The position numbers and the translations under genes are program-made. The notes beneath the pieces were generated by a model. That model saw nothing but the letters and a program-made list of their open reading frames with translations, made no database searches and was not told where the DNA came from. Of a DNA stretch of 64,000 bases, positions 17,680-27,314 are shown piece by piece. Within the stretch, counting starts at the first letter, position 1; the number at the start of each line of letters is the position of its first letter. The stretch is from NCBI GenBank assembly GCA_044376115.1, contig JBILLK010000002.1, forward strand, positions 96,001-160,000, written 5' to 3'. Origin of the DNA: Polyangiaceae bacterium. Its GTDB lineage: Bacteria; Myxococcota_A; Polyangia; Polyangiales; Polyangiaceae.

Positions 17680-19634
17680 GCGGGTTGCGCTCGCGCTTGG
17701 GCTGGGGGCTCTGGGGGCTCACGTGCGCTGTTCCGGCGCTCGCGGCTGCGCAAGAGCCTGCGGCGAGAGCGGAGCCAGCTCCTCCCAGCGAGCCCGTCCT
17801 TGACCCTTATCTCGATGAAGAGCCGATCGAGGTAACGGTGCGCGAGCCCGCACGAGCGGAGGGGAGCACGGTGCTAACGCGCGCCGAGGTCCGCGCGATC
17901 CCTGGCGCGTTCGGCGACCCGTTCCGCGTCATCGAGTCGGTGCCCAGCGTGGTGCCGCTCGCCTCTGGGGTGCCTTACTTCTATGTGCGAGGCGCGCCGC
18001 CGGGAGATGTCGGCTACTTTTTAGATGGTATTCGCGTGCCGCTCTTGTTTCATCTCGGGCTGGGGCCAAGCGTCGTGCACCCAGCGCTGATCGACCGGGT
18101 CGAGCTCGCCCCTGGCGCGAATCCCGAGCTTGGTCGCTACGCCGGTGGGGCCGTCCTAGGAACGCTGACGGCTCCGCGGGAAGACCTTCGCGTCGAGGGC
18201 AATTTACGCCTTGTCGATACTGGAGCCTTCCTCGAGGTGCCCTTCGATGAAGGCCGCGGTAGCGCTTTTGCGGCCGGACGCGTGGCCTACACCGCGCTTT
18301 TGTTCTCCCTCGTCAACTCGTCGGCGGTGCTGAACTATTGGGATTACGCCGGCCGCGTCAGCTACGAGGTTGCCAAGGGGCAGACGGTTAGCTTGTTCGG
18401 CTTTGGCGCCTATGACTACTTGGCCGAAAAGCGTGAGGACGGCCCGGATGAGCGGCTTTTCGATACAATGTTCCATCGTATCGACCTGGGCTACGACGTA
18501 GATATCAATCCGCGGACGCGGGTCGAACAGGACGTGATCCTCGGCTTTGACCAGACCCACCTCGGTACCGATCAGAAGGTTGTCGATCGCGCGCTCACTC
18601 TGCGCAGCACGCTGCGACACGTGGTCGACGACGACGTCGAACTCCGCGCCGGCTTCGACTTGACGGTGGATGACTACTTCGTCGACCTCGAGGAGGAGGA
18701 GGGGAGCGGCTTCGCTTCCTTCTTTCGTTCCCGCGAGGATCTCGCGGCTGGCGCATTTCTGTTGATGCCGCTTCAGCTCCCGGGTGGGCTCTCGCTGTTG
18801 CCCTCGTTGCGAGCGGACCTTTACGTCTCCGAGGGCAAGAACGCGTTCGGTTTTGACCCGAACCTCTCGGCGCGGTTCGCCCTGCTGCCGCAGCTCGCGC
18901 TGCTCACTTCGCACGGTCTAGCTTCCCAGCCGCCGAGCTTCATCGTGGCTGGACCCGGCTTTCGCCCCGGGCTGGATGAAGGCGGCTTGCAACGCGCGTT
19001 CTCGTCGAGCGTTGGGGTCGAGGCCAAGCCCTCGGAGGATTGGCTGCTCAAGGCGGCGGTTTATCGCACGGCCTTCTTCGACATCAACGATGCGTTAGGG
19101 ACTTCGGCCTTGGCCGGGGAAGGTTTCCCCGGCGGCTTCGAGGACTTCAACCCTCGCTTCGACGGCACGAGCCTAGGGCTCGAGCTCTCGGCCAAACGTA
19201 GGTTTAGCAAGACCATTGGGGCGATCCTCAGCTACAGCCTCGGCCGCTCCGAACGCAGGGATGCCCGAGGCCAGCGTTTTCCCTCCGGCTTCGATCGCAC
19301 CCACGTAGCTTCGGCGGCGCTCTCCTTCGACTTTGGCGCGGGTTACAAGGGCGGTATTCGGCAGTTGCTTTACACCGGTACGCCGCTGCTCGACGTGAGC
19401 GGGAGCGCGCCGCGGGTCAAAGAGCGGTTGCCGCCGTTCTATCGCATGGACTTCCGCCTGGAGAAGCGCTTCACCATCGGTAAAACCGGCTTCGTGACGA
19501 TGGTGCTGGAGGCGCTCAACAGCTTCTTGGCGGACGAGGTGCTCGGTGAGTCGTGCGATGAGCAGGGCCGCTGCGAGCAGACCACGCTGGGGCCGATCGC
19601 CATTCCCAGTTTTGGGGTCGAGGGCGGTTACTGA
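17676..19634 (+). CDS. TonB-dependent receptor (plug plus barrel)
   Basis: IPGAFGDPFRVIESVP, YVRGA, DGIRVPLLFH plug motifs; RLPPFYRMD.RLEK; C-terminal aromatic residue. Confidence 0.85.
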   Translation: MSGLRSRLGWGLWGLTCAVPALAAAQEPAARAEPAPPSEPVLDPYLDEEPIEVTVREPARAEGSTVLTRAEVRAIPGAFGDPFRVIESVPSVVPLASGVPYFYVRGAPPGDVGYFLDGIRVPLLFHLGLGPSVVHPALIDRVELAPGANPELGRYAGGAVLGTLTAPREDLRVEGNLRLVDTGAFLEVPFDEGRGSAFAAGRVAYTALLFSLVNSSAVLNYWDYAGRVSYEVAKGQTVSLFGFGAYDYLAEKREDGPDERLFDTMFHRIDLGYDVDINPRTRVEQDVILGFDQTHLGTDQKVVDRALTLRSTLRHVVDDDVELRAGFDLTVDDYFVDLEEEEGSGFASFFRSREDLAAGAFLLMPLQLPGGLSLLPSLRADLYVSEGKNAFGFDPNLSARFALLPQLALLTSHGLASQPPSFIVAGPGFRPGLDEGGLQRAFSSSVGVEAKPSEDWLLKAAVYRTAFFDINDALGTSALAGEGFPGGFEDFNPRFDGTSLGLELSAKRRFSKTIGAILSYSLGRSERRDARGQRFPSGFDRTHVASAALSFDFGAGYKGGIRQLLYTGTPLLDVSGSAPRVKERLPPFYRMDFRLEKRFTIGKTGFVTMVLEALNSFLADEVLGESCDEQGRCEQTTLGPIAIPSFGVEGGY

Positions 19635-19661
19635 GCGCACGCGCGCCTGTATGCTGCGCCG

Positions 19662-21278
19662 ATGAAGAGCCCGAGCGAGAAGCCTTGGAGTCGCCATATC
19701 CCTCCAGGCGCTTGGGACTACATCGTTATTGGGTCGGGCATTGGCGGCATGGTGGCTGCGGCGCTGCTCGCCAAGTTGGGCAAGCGGGTGCTCGTGCTCG
19801 AACAGCACTATGTACCTGGCGGCTTCACTCATACTTTTAAGCGCAAACAGTGGTCGTGGGACGTCGGCGTTCACGCTGTCGGCGAGGTGACTACCCATTC
19901 GTTGCCCGGTCGGGTCTTGGCGGCCCTAACCGATAACGCGCTCAAGTGGCATTCGCTTGGGCCGGTCTACGACGAGTTCCACTATCCCGACGGCTTTCGT
20001 ATCGACTTCCCCGATACGCCGCGCAAGTTTCGCGAAAACCTGATCGCTGCGTTCCCTGACGAAGAGCAGGCGATTCACCAGTACTTCGCCAAAGTGCGTG
20101 AGGTCGCCGTCTCGATGAAGGGCTACTACCTCGGCAAGTTGCTGCCCGGCGGTTGGCCGTCGCGCGCGGCCAATCAGCTGCTTGCGGCGCGCGCTCGGCA
20201 CTACTTGGATTTGCGCGTCAAACAGGTCGTGGATGAATTGACCGACAACGAGCGGCTCAAGACGGTGTTGACCTCCCAATGGGGTTATTACGGTTCGCCG
20301 CCGAGTCGAGCCTCGTTTGGCATGCAGGCGCTCGTGACCAAGCACTTCGAGCATGGCGGTTATTATCCAGTAGGCGGCTCAGGGCAGATCGCCCATACGC
20401 TATTGAGCACGGTCGCGCGGGCAGGCGGCGCTACGGCCATCCACGCCGGTGTGCGGCGAATTACCCTCGAGCAAGGCCAGGTATCCGGCGTCGAGCTTGA
20501 GGACGGTCGCAAGGTCCTTTGCAAGAAGGTTATCAGCGCGGCGGGCGTGGCCGCCACGGTGAGCCGCTTGCTTCCCGATGAGATCGCCCATGCGGCCTGG
20601 GCCGAGCGCGTCGCCGCATTGCCCAAAGCTCCGGCTCACGTATGCCTCTATCTGGGCTTTCGCGGCGATATTCGAGCCGCTGGAGCTTCGGCGGCCAACC
20701 GTTGGTTTTACGAGACCTGGAGCTCGCAAGCCGAGGCCTGGGAGGTTACCGCGGATGGGCCGCTGCCCGACGCCCCAGTGCTTTACTGCTCATTCCCGTC
20801 GCTCAAAGATCCGAACCACGAGCCCGGTCCGCAAGAGCTTCACACCGGGGAGGTCGTTACTTTCGTTCCTTGGTCGCTGTTCGAGCCATACAAGGACGCG
20901 CAATGGCAAAAGCGGGGAGGGGAGTACAGCCGTCTAAAGGAAAGGCTGCATCAGCACCTGCTCGAGCAGTTCCTGCGTCACATGCCCGATCTACGCGACA
21001 AGATCGCTCACGCGGAGCTCTCGACGCCAGCAACCACACATCACTTCGTCAGGCCGATGAACGGATCGATCTACGGCCTCGAGCCTACGCCCGAGCGCTT
21101 CCGAGTCGATGAACTGCGGCCTGTGTCGCCGGTTCCGGGGCTGAGCTTTGCCGGCTCCGAGGTGTCAGCTGTTGGTGTGATCGGTGCCGCGATGGGAGGC
21201 GTGCTCGCGGCGGTCTCCGCTGAACCGCTGCGCGGAATGCGCTGGCTGGCCAAGGTCTCGCGCCGGCCGAGAGCGTGA
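19662..21278 (+). CDS. FAD-dependent oxidoreductase, phytoene desaturase/retinol saturase family
   Basis: IVIGSGIGG, VLEQHYVPGGFTHTF, WDVGVH, GGYYPVGGS, GSIYG. Confidence 0.9.
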   Translation: MKSPSEKPWSRHIPPGAWDYIVIGSGIGGMVAAALLAKLGKRVLVLEQHYVPGGFTHTFKRKQWSWDVGVHAVGEVTTHSLPGRVLAALTDNALKWHSLGPVYDEFHYPDGFRIDFPDTPRKFRENLIAAFPDEEQAIHQYFAKVREVAVSMKGYYLGKLLPGGWPSRAANQLLAARARHYLDLRVKQVVDELTDNERLKTVLTSQWGYYGSPPSRASFGMQALVTKHFEHGGYYPVGGSGQIAHTLLSTVARAGGATAIHAGVRRITLEQGQVSGVELEDGRKVLCKKVISAAGVAATVSRLLPDEIAHAAWAERVAALPKAPAHVCLYLGFRGDIRAAGASAANRWFYETWSSQAEAWEVTADGPLPDAPVLYCSFPSLKDPNHEPGPQELHTGEVVTFVPWSLFEPYKDAQWQKRGGEYSRLKERLHQHLLEQFLRHMPDLRDKIAHAELSTPATTHHFVRPMNGSIYGLEPTPERFRVDELRPVSPVPGLSFAGSEVSAVGVIGAAMGGVLAAVSAEPLRGMRWLAKVSRRPRA

Positions 21279-21344
21279 GTTGCGAAAGGTGAACGTGATT
21301 CGCATTTCGTAGATCCATCGCCAGGGTTCAGCGTCCAAGAGGTC

Positions 21345-21917
21345 ATGAAGCTCTTGGCCCACCTATCGTTCTCTGTGCTGTGTCTTGCGTGCGCGGCCTG
21401 CGCCTCAACGCCGGCTCCCTCCGCCCAAAGCCCGAACCAGGGCAATCCTACCGTGCCCACAGCGACTGCTCCGCCGGCTTCCGCAGAATCGATCTTCAGG
21501 CTGGCGGCGGGCGAACTTCCCGGTTCAAACGGGCACCGCTGGGGCTCTCGAAGCTATGAGATCCGCCGAACTGCCTCCGGGGTGGAGCTGCGTCTGCACG
21601 ACGTAACCCGCTTTCAAGGCAGCGGAATGAGCCCCCACCAGATGCCGGCCGCTTCGCACCAGTGCTCGGCGTGGGAGCCGCTGTCCGCGGCCGCGAGCGA
21701 GTTGGTGAGTCAGCGTTTGGGCAGCGCTGAAGGTGAGGCGTTCGAGTGTCAGAGCCACGCAGAGGTTTGTGCGACACTCGTCCAGTTCCTGAAGGACAGC
21801 GCCGTGGTGCCACCGCCGACTGCAACTAGCCCTGCCAGCGGCGCCTCGAGCGATACGCCGATGATGCCCCCCGAGCGACAGGCCCCAACCTACGGGCGTG
21901 GACTCGGCGGCTGTTAG
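21345..21917 (+). CDS. Hypothetical lipoprotein
   Basis: GAGG RBS, signal peptide with LAC/AAC lipobox, Pro-rich termini. Confidence 0.65.
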   Translation: MKLLAHLSFSVLCLACAACASTPAPSAQSPNQGNPTVPTATAPPASAESIFRLAAGELPGSNGHRWGSRSYEIRRTASGVELRLHDVTRFQGSGMSPHQMPAASHQCSAWEPLSAAASELVSQRLGSAEGEAFECQSHAEVCATLVQFLKDSAVVPPPTATSPASGASSDTPMMPPERQAPTYGRGLGGC

Positions 21918-22609
21918 GGAATGATCTCAAGCAGGTCACCGGCGCAAACGTCGGCGCCGGTGAGATCGACCGGGACGCCGTCGAGCGAGACCGAGAGCTG
22001 GAACGGGACCTCCTCGAACGGCGTGCAGCCTTCACCCTCCCAGGCGCCAACAACGATGTATGCGGAGCCAGCCGCGAGCGTGGTGCTGCCACCTTGCGGG
22101 CAGGCATAGCCCTGCGGGTTAGCGACCGTGCACGGCACTTCTTCATCGAACAGAAGGCTCGCTCCGCTTGGATCAATCAGCGCGGCAAAAAGGTCCGCGC
22201 CCAAGTCCGAGCCAACGTTGTCGGCCCGAAGTTGCAGGCAGGCTCCCGCGGGAATGCCGTCGATCCTGAAGGCCTTCCCCGGCCAGAACACACCGCTGTC
22301 CTCCGGGCAGATCGTGCTGCTCGCACGCTCTGCGCTGAAGTCGGTTGGGCCGGTGCATTCTTCCAGCACCACCTCGGTGATGGGAAGCACGTCACAAGCC
22401 GGCTCTGCGCCGCCCGCGCCACCTTGCGACATTCCGCCGTTGCCGCCTTGTGCGCCCTGGCCGCCCGAAGAGGGCCCTGAACTCGAGTCGCCCCCACCGA
22501 GCCCGCCCGTTCCGCCGGTGCTCCCGGCTCCACCACTTTGCGCCCCGTCATCCCCGCAGGCCGAGATGCTAATGGCCAATCCGAAGATAGCTATGTAAAG
22601 CTGATTCAT
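21914..22609 (-). CDS. Hypothetical Gly/Cys-rich lipoprotein
   Basis: Lipobox ISAC-GDD, Gly linker, Cys-containing domain; ATGA overlap with the upstream gene. Confidence 0.75.
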   Translation of the reverse strand: MNQLYIAIFGLAISISACGDDGAQSGGAGSTGGTGGLGGGDSSSGPSSGGQGAQGGNGGMSQGGAGGAEPACDVLPITEVVLEECTGPTDFSAERASSTICPEDSGVFWPGKAFRIDGIPAGACLQLRADNVGSDLGADLFAALIDPSGASLLFDEEVPCTVANPQGYACPQGGSTTLAAGSAYIVVGAWEGEGCTPFEEVPFQLSVSLDGVPVDLTGADVCAGDLLEIIP

Positions 22610-23067
22610 GGTTCGGTAGGCCTTGTGTAAGCGCACGTTGTACCAGCGTTAGCCTCCACCAGCGCGCCCGCGTTGGTCGTTAGGGTCTGCGGCAGCGGCT
22701 TCGCTCCGCCGAGCTCCCCACCCTTGGTGATTGTGAGGGTGATTACGGTGCCGGCGACCGTGAACGTTCCCGACCGTTCCATGACGCCGGACCACACACA
22801 GTTGGCCCCCAGCGGGCAGGGCGACATCAGGTCTTTTGCGGTAAACGTCCCGCCTTCCCGGAACTCAAGCTCACGCGCGTAGTTACGCGACCCGCAGGAT
22901 GCGCTGCGGAAAAGGCCGAGGGGGCTTTGTGCCGGGGGCAATGGCGAAGTCGTCGCTGTTGCGGGCCCTGGCGGCGGAAGGTCTACGCTGACACTCGCGT
23001 CGCCCGGCGGCGAGCTGGCGCAGGCGACCAATTGCAGAGCGGCCAGCAAAAATAGCGACCACTTCAT
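22606..23067 (-). CDS. Hypothetical lipoprotein
   Basis: MKWSLFLLAALQLVAC signal; CP..ANCVWSG motif. Confidence 0.7.
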   Translation of the reverse strand: MKWSLFLLAALQLVACASSPPGDASVSVDLPPPGPATATTSPLPPAQSPLGLFRSASCGSRNYARELEFREGGTFTAKDLMSPCPLGANCVWSGVMERSGTFTVAGTVITLTITKGGELGGAKPLPQTLTTNAGALVEANAGTTCAYTRPTEP

Positions 23068-23069
23068 CT

Positions 23070-24461
23070 TCAGGGCGTCGCCGGGGAGCTGAGGTTTTGC
23101 GGTGTGGAGGGCGCGCTCACGAAATCCGCCGTGTTGTTCTGCGTATCGACGCAATTGCCCAGCGCGCCGCCGGGTAGACGCTCCAAGCTGACCGCGAGGT
23201 TGTTGGTACAGTTGGCAACGATGCCCTTGTCAAAGGGAGTGCCTTCACACTCGTAGCCAGCTCCGAAGGTGAAGCCGCAGCTGAAGCAGACCGCGTCCAC
23301 GGTGGTGGCGCCGTTGCGAACAATCACGCTTGAGTAGTCCCCGATGCCGCTCGACAAGGAGCCGTCTTTGACGGGAGGCCCTGCGTAGGCCGTTCCACCG
23401 AGCAACAGGTGACCGCCGGGCGGGACGACCTGTCCGGTACCGGTGAAGCGAACGCCGTAGGACATCGCTGTGTCGGAACGAGCCTGTACGGTCCAACTGC
23501 TCGACATGGTGACTGGGCTGGTGCCAGGGTTGAACAGCTCGACAAAGTCATCGTTGCCGCCTGCCGTACCGCGCGCTCGAACCTCGCTGATGATGAGCAC
23601 GCCTTCGTTCGGCGTGCATGAGCACGTCCCGGCGCCGTTACAAGCGCCCGTTTCGCAATCGGCCCCGCTGTCGCAGTCTTCACCAAAGCCGCAGGCGTCG
23701 CATACCCCGCCGCAGTCCACGTCGGACTCATCTTGGTTCTTGACGCCGTCACTGCAGGTCGCAGCGCAAGAGCCGCTAACGCAAGAGCCGGTGACGCAGT
23801 CCCCCGCGACGCTGCAGTCCTCGCCCTCGAGGCAGCCGCTGCAATCCGGTCCGCCGCAATCCACGTCGGTCTCGGCGCCGTTCTTTGTGTTGTCGCCACA
23901 GCCGGCGGGCGCACAAGTGAAGATGTCGGTGCAGATCATGCTGGGGCAGTCGATGTCGTCGATGCACTCGACGCACTCGGCAGCGGCGTTGCAGAACTCG
24001 TTATTTCCGCAGTCTGCGCCTACCGCCTTCGGCAGGATCATCGCCATGCCGGCAACGCAGCTTTCGCTCGTGCACTCGTTGGTATCGCTTGGAGTATCGG
24101 AGTTGTCCTCCTGCCCGACGATGATCCCCGCGCCGTCACAAACGCGCTTCAAGCAGTCACCAGCCATTTGATCGCGCGCCAAGGTCCCCGCTTCTGTTGC
24201 ATCCACGCCGCAGGTGCCGGCTTCGCAGGTTCGCGTGCCGCACTCGTTGTCTTCGCCGGGGCAGTCTGCGGGGCCGGTGCAGCTCGCCGGGGCACCGCCC
24301 TCACCGCCCTGCCCGCCACCGCCGGCGTTCGTTCCTCCGGTGTTGGGTGCGCCGCCCTCCACCAACGTGTCGGTGTACACGTCACAGCCTGCTGCGCCGA
24401 GCAGCGCGGCCAAAACCCAGCCGAAGGTTGCCGTTGGCGTGATGCGCAAGGAGCTAAGCAT
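23070..24461 (-). CDS. Cys-rich lipoprotein with C-terminal lamin-tail domain
   Basis: Lipobox AAGC; C.D..KN..E.DVDCGG repeats; LIISEVRARG...DDFVELFNP and SLER..STP LTD motifs. Confidence 0.85.
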   Translation of the reverse strand: MLSSLRITPTATFGWVLAALLGAAGCDVYTDTLVEGGAPNTGGTNAGGGGQGGEGGAPASCTGPADCPGEDNECGTRTCEAGTCGVDATEAGTLARDQMAGDCLKRVCDGAGIIVGQEDNSDTPSDTNECTSESCVAGMAMILPKAVGADCGNNEFCNAAAECVECIDDIDCPSMICTDIFTCAPAGCGDNTKNGAETDVDCGGPDCSGCLEGEDCSVAGDCVTGSCVSGSCAATCSDGVKNQDESDVDCGGVCDACGFGEDCDSGADCETGACNGAGTCSCTPNEGVLIISEVRARGTAGGNDDFVELFNPGTSPVTMSSSWTVQARSDTAMSYGVRFTGTGQVVPPGGHLLLGGTAYAGPPVKDGSLSSGIGDYSSVIVRNGATTVDAVCFSCGFTFGAGYECEGTPFDKGIVANCTNNLAVSLERLPGGALGNCVDTQNNTADFVSAPSTPQNLSSPATP

Positions 24462-24538
24462 GGGCCCGGCATAGCCGACCCCGCGATGCGCCTCAAGCCG
24501 CAGCCGAAGCTTCAATCCGCAGCGACCCGAAGGTGCTG

Positions 24539-24949
24539 CTAGCGAGCTTTGGGGGCGGCCGTCGTCACCCAAGCGACGGCTTCCGCCTCATCGTGGAAGG
24601 CGATCAGTCGCTGGGCCTCATGAAGCCTTTGGAGCCGATCCACCTGTAGCGAGCCGAGGGCGCTCTGGACCAGCAGCGCGTTGCGCTCAAAACGAGCCGC
24701 CACGCGCTGGCTAGCCATTACGATCGCTTGCAACAGCAGCGGATCGGTAGAGAGCGGACCCAGCCGAGTATCGTAAAGAAGTCCGCGAGCCGACGCTGCT
24801 TTGGTTTTTACGGCTCGCTCAACCTTGAGAAAACTCTCCTCGATCTCTGAAATGGAGGGAAACGGCGCGGCGGTGCGGTTGAGCCGGACGTAACCCTGAG
24901 CCGCCTGGAGCTGTACAATCAGGTAAGGGTCTTGAAAGATCGTCGGCAT
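24539..24949 (-). CDS. Hypothetical protein (possible STAS/SpoIIAA-like fold)
   Basis: 136 aa, GGAG RBS, LLYDTR and C-terminal F.DEAEAVAW pattern. Confidence 0.6.
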   Translation of the reverse strand: MPTIFQDPYLIVQLQAAQGYVRLNRTAAPFPSISEIEESFLKVERAVKTKAASARGLLYDTRLGPLSTDPLLLQAIVMASQRVAARFERNALLVQSALGSLQVDRLQRLHEAQRLIAFHDEAEAVAWVTTAAPKAR

Positions 24950-24959
24950 AGGCTCTCCG

Positions 24960-26156
24960 CTACTGCGGACCGCTGCAGCCGAGCACCACGTCCACCTTCT
25001 CCACCTCTCCGCTCTTGAGCTCGCTGCAAGCGGTGCCGTGGAAGGTGACCTGGTTGGTGCCCGCGTCGTAGCTCCAGCCAGCCATCATGGTCGCGTCCTC
25101 AGGTACCGGTGCCTGATCGAAAAAGACGTAAATTTGGCTCGAATCGGGCGGCACCGTATCGAGCGTGAAGGTGCAGCTGATCGCCTTGGTGGCAATCACC
25201 TCCAGCGCGGCTAGCAGGCTGGCTTGATCCGCCGCATCGTAGTAGCTCGGTCCGGAGTTCGGCACGCCCCCCGCTTCCGCAAACAAGTCCATCTGCTCCG
25301 GATCGACGCCATCACCAAAGCCCAATACGAAGGTGGGAACATTGGCCGTTAAAAGTTCAGCAATGGTGGCCAGCGTTCCGTTGTCTCCGCCGGCTGCATT
25401 GCAACCAGCTTGTTTGCCGTCGGTGAGCAACGCTACATAGCTATCTCGCGTTGCGTCGGCTAGCTCGGGTGCCGCCGCCGCCTGCGTCATCGCTGTGTCG
25501 ATGTTGGTTACGCACGGGCCGTCGGGGAAGTAGGGGTCATTGTTCGCTAGTGCGTTGGTCAATAGCGTTTGAATCGCGGGCGCGGAGCCCGGCGCAATGG
25601 GCACGGGGATGACGTCCTGCGCGCAGTTGGGCGCTACCAAGTCCGGAAACAGCGTAAGGCCAAAGCGAATTTTGTCGCCGTAGTTGGTGGTGAAGGTGTT
25701 GATCGCCGCGACGGCCGCTTCCCATTTGGTGGCCCCTCCGGGCACTACCTGGGTCATCGAGCAGGAGCGGTCGAGGACCAGCAGTACATTGGGTGCAATA
25801 GGCTCGATGGTCGCCATCAGGTCTTCGCAGCCACCCCCAGGAACGCAGGTCATCGAGGGTACGTCGCAGACAGTCCCTGGCTGAGTGCAGTCGTTGTCAT
25901 CCAAGCAGCTACCGACATCGATGCATTGCCCCGCCGCACTGCAAAACTGCGGCGCGACGCACGCGGGCTCACAGCCTACCACCCCGCCGCCAGAGCCGCC
26001 GCCGGCGCTGCCTGTCGCCCCGCCGCCGCCATCACCCCCCGCGCCACCTAGCCCTCCCGTTGCGCCCGTCGCTCCAGAGCCGCCGCCTCCCGAGCCGCTG
26101 TCGGAGCAAGCGACTACGAGAGTGAGCACGGTGGCAATGAGGCGAAGCTTGTACAT
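24960..26156 (-). CDS. von Willebrand factor A-domain lipoprotein
   Basis: Lipobox VVAC; MIDAS VLDRSCSM, LLTDG; Cys-rich. Confidence 0.88.
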   Translation of the reverse strand: MYKLRLIATVLTLVVACSDSGSGGGGSGATGATGGLGGAGGDGGGGATGSAGGGSGGGVVGCEPACVAPQFCSAAGQCIDVGSCLDDNDCTQPGTVCDVPSMTCVPGGGCEDLMATIEPIAPNVLLVLDRSCSMTQVVPGGATKWEAAVAAINTFTTNYGDKIRFGLTLFPDLVAPNCAQDVIPVPIAPGSAPAIQTLLTNALANNDPYFPDGPCVTNIDTAMTQAAAAPELADATRDSYVALLTDGKQAGCNAAGGDNGTLATIAELLTANVPTFVLGFGDGVDPEQMDLFAEAGGVPNSGPSYYDAADQASLLAALEVIATKAISCTFTLDTVPPDSSQIYVFFDQAPVPEDATMMAGWSYDAGTNQVTFHGTACSELKSGEVEKVDVVLGCSGPQ

Positions 26157-26267
26157 CCCGGAATTGGACCAGATCAGGTGCCGCCGTGAAAGAGCGATTG
26201 ACCGCGCGGCTCGAGAGTCGCAGCTTACGCCCTTGTCAGCGCACACAGCTCTGCCTACCCACCCTCG

Positions 26268-27314
26268 GTGAATACGCTCCATTTGTCGCCAGGGTCGCTG
26301 CCCAATCGGAACGAAAGAGTTCGCGCCTTGCGCGCGTTGATGGGCACGCCTGACCGTCGCGTCGCGCAGATGGCGCTGGGTATCCGCAACACGGCCCACC
26401 GTCACTTCGAGGCCGAAGTCGTCCCGCTCGTTGAACAACATTGGCCCGCAACGATAGGGTCGACCTTCTACGCGAAGCTCCGCATTGGGGCGTGCGATCT
26501 CTACGCCTCGGCGCCGTATACAGCGATGTTCTGCGCACCCGAGCGTCCAGCTTTGGTGCGCGCCGTGACGTTGCTCGGAAACGCAGTGCGGCTACCGCCT
26601 TTCGCTTTGCCTCTGCTTGGGCGCCTGACGATGGAGCTATTGGGCCGCTACGCCTATCGCGACGAGCATCGGCGTATCATCTTGGTGGCGGCCTTCGTGG
26701 TCGTGGTGGACCACGTCTTTGACCACTGTATGAAGCAGCCTGGGCCGCTCCGTGCTGAGGTTCTGATTGCGGTGATCGACGGCACGCGTGCGCCTGAATC
26801 GGATGAGCTGCGGCTGGTTCGGGCCTTGGTCCTTGCGATGGGTCGAGGCTTGGGGCCGGCGGATCAGGCCTGCTTCGACGCTGCGATGAGCGGCGTACGC
26901 AGCTGGATCCACGCGGAGGTGAGGGCGATGGAGGGCCAGGTTGACCCCCTCGGACTCGGCCATCGACTCGCTGGGGTGGAAGGCACGATTGACGGTCTGC
27001 TATTCCCGGTGGCTCGTTTCGGTTGTGTCGGCGCGCGAAGTTGGATGGTGCAGGTGTCGATGTTCGTCCAAATCATGGACGATTGGCTCGACCTCGAGAG
27101 CGACGCTCGCTCGGACCGTCCCACGCCGGTGACCGAGGGAGCGTGGGGATATCGTGATCTTGCGCGGGCCTGGCAGCAGACCCTCGACGGGCTCGAGAGC
27201 CTGGTTCGGGAGGCGGATCTTTCGGCTCCTCACTACGTTGCCTTCGTGCGCTCGAGCTACGTGTGCATGATGCACGATGTGATGGAGGCCATGGTGGAGA
27301 GACCGGATCAGTGA
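26268..27314 (+). CDS. Putative class I isoprenoid synthase-fold protein
   Basis: All-helical character; Asp motifs VVDHVFD and VQIMDDWLD (SARM-like QxxDDxxD). Confidence 0.6.
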   Translation: MNTLHLSPGSLPNRNERVRALRALMGTPDRRVAQMALGIRNTAHRHFEAEVVPLVEQHWPATIGSTFYAKLRIGACDLYASAPYTAMFCAPERPALVRAVTLLGNAVRLPPFALPLLGRLTMELLGRYAYRDEHRRIILVAAFVVVVDHVFDHCMKQPGPLRAEVLIAVIDGTRAPESDELRLVRALVLAMGRGLGPADQACFDAAMSGVRSWIHAEVRAMEGQVDPLGLGHRLAGVEGTIDGLLFPVARFGCVGARSWMVQVSMFVQIMDDWLDLESDARSDRPTPVTEGAWGYRDLARAWQQTLDGLESLVREADLSAPHYVAFVRSSYVCMMHDVMEAMVERPDQ

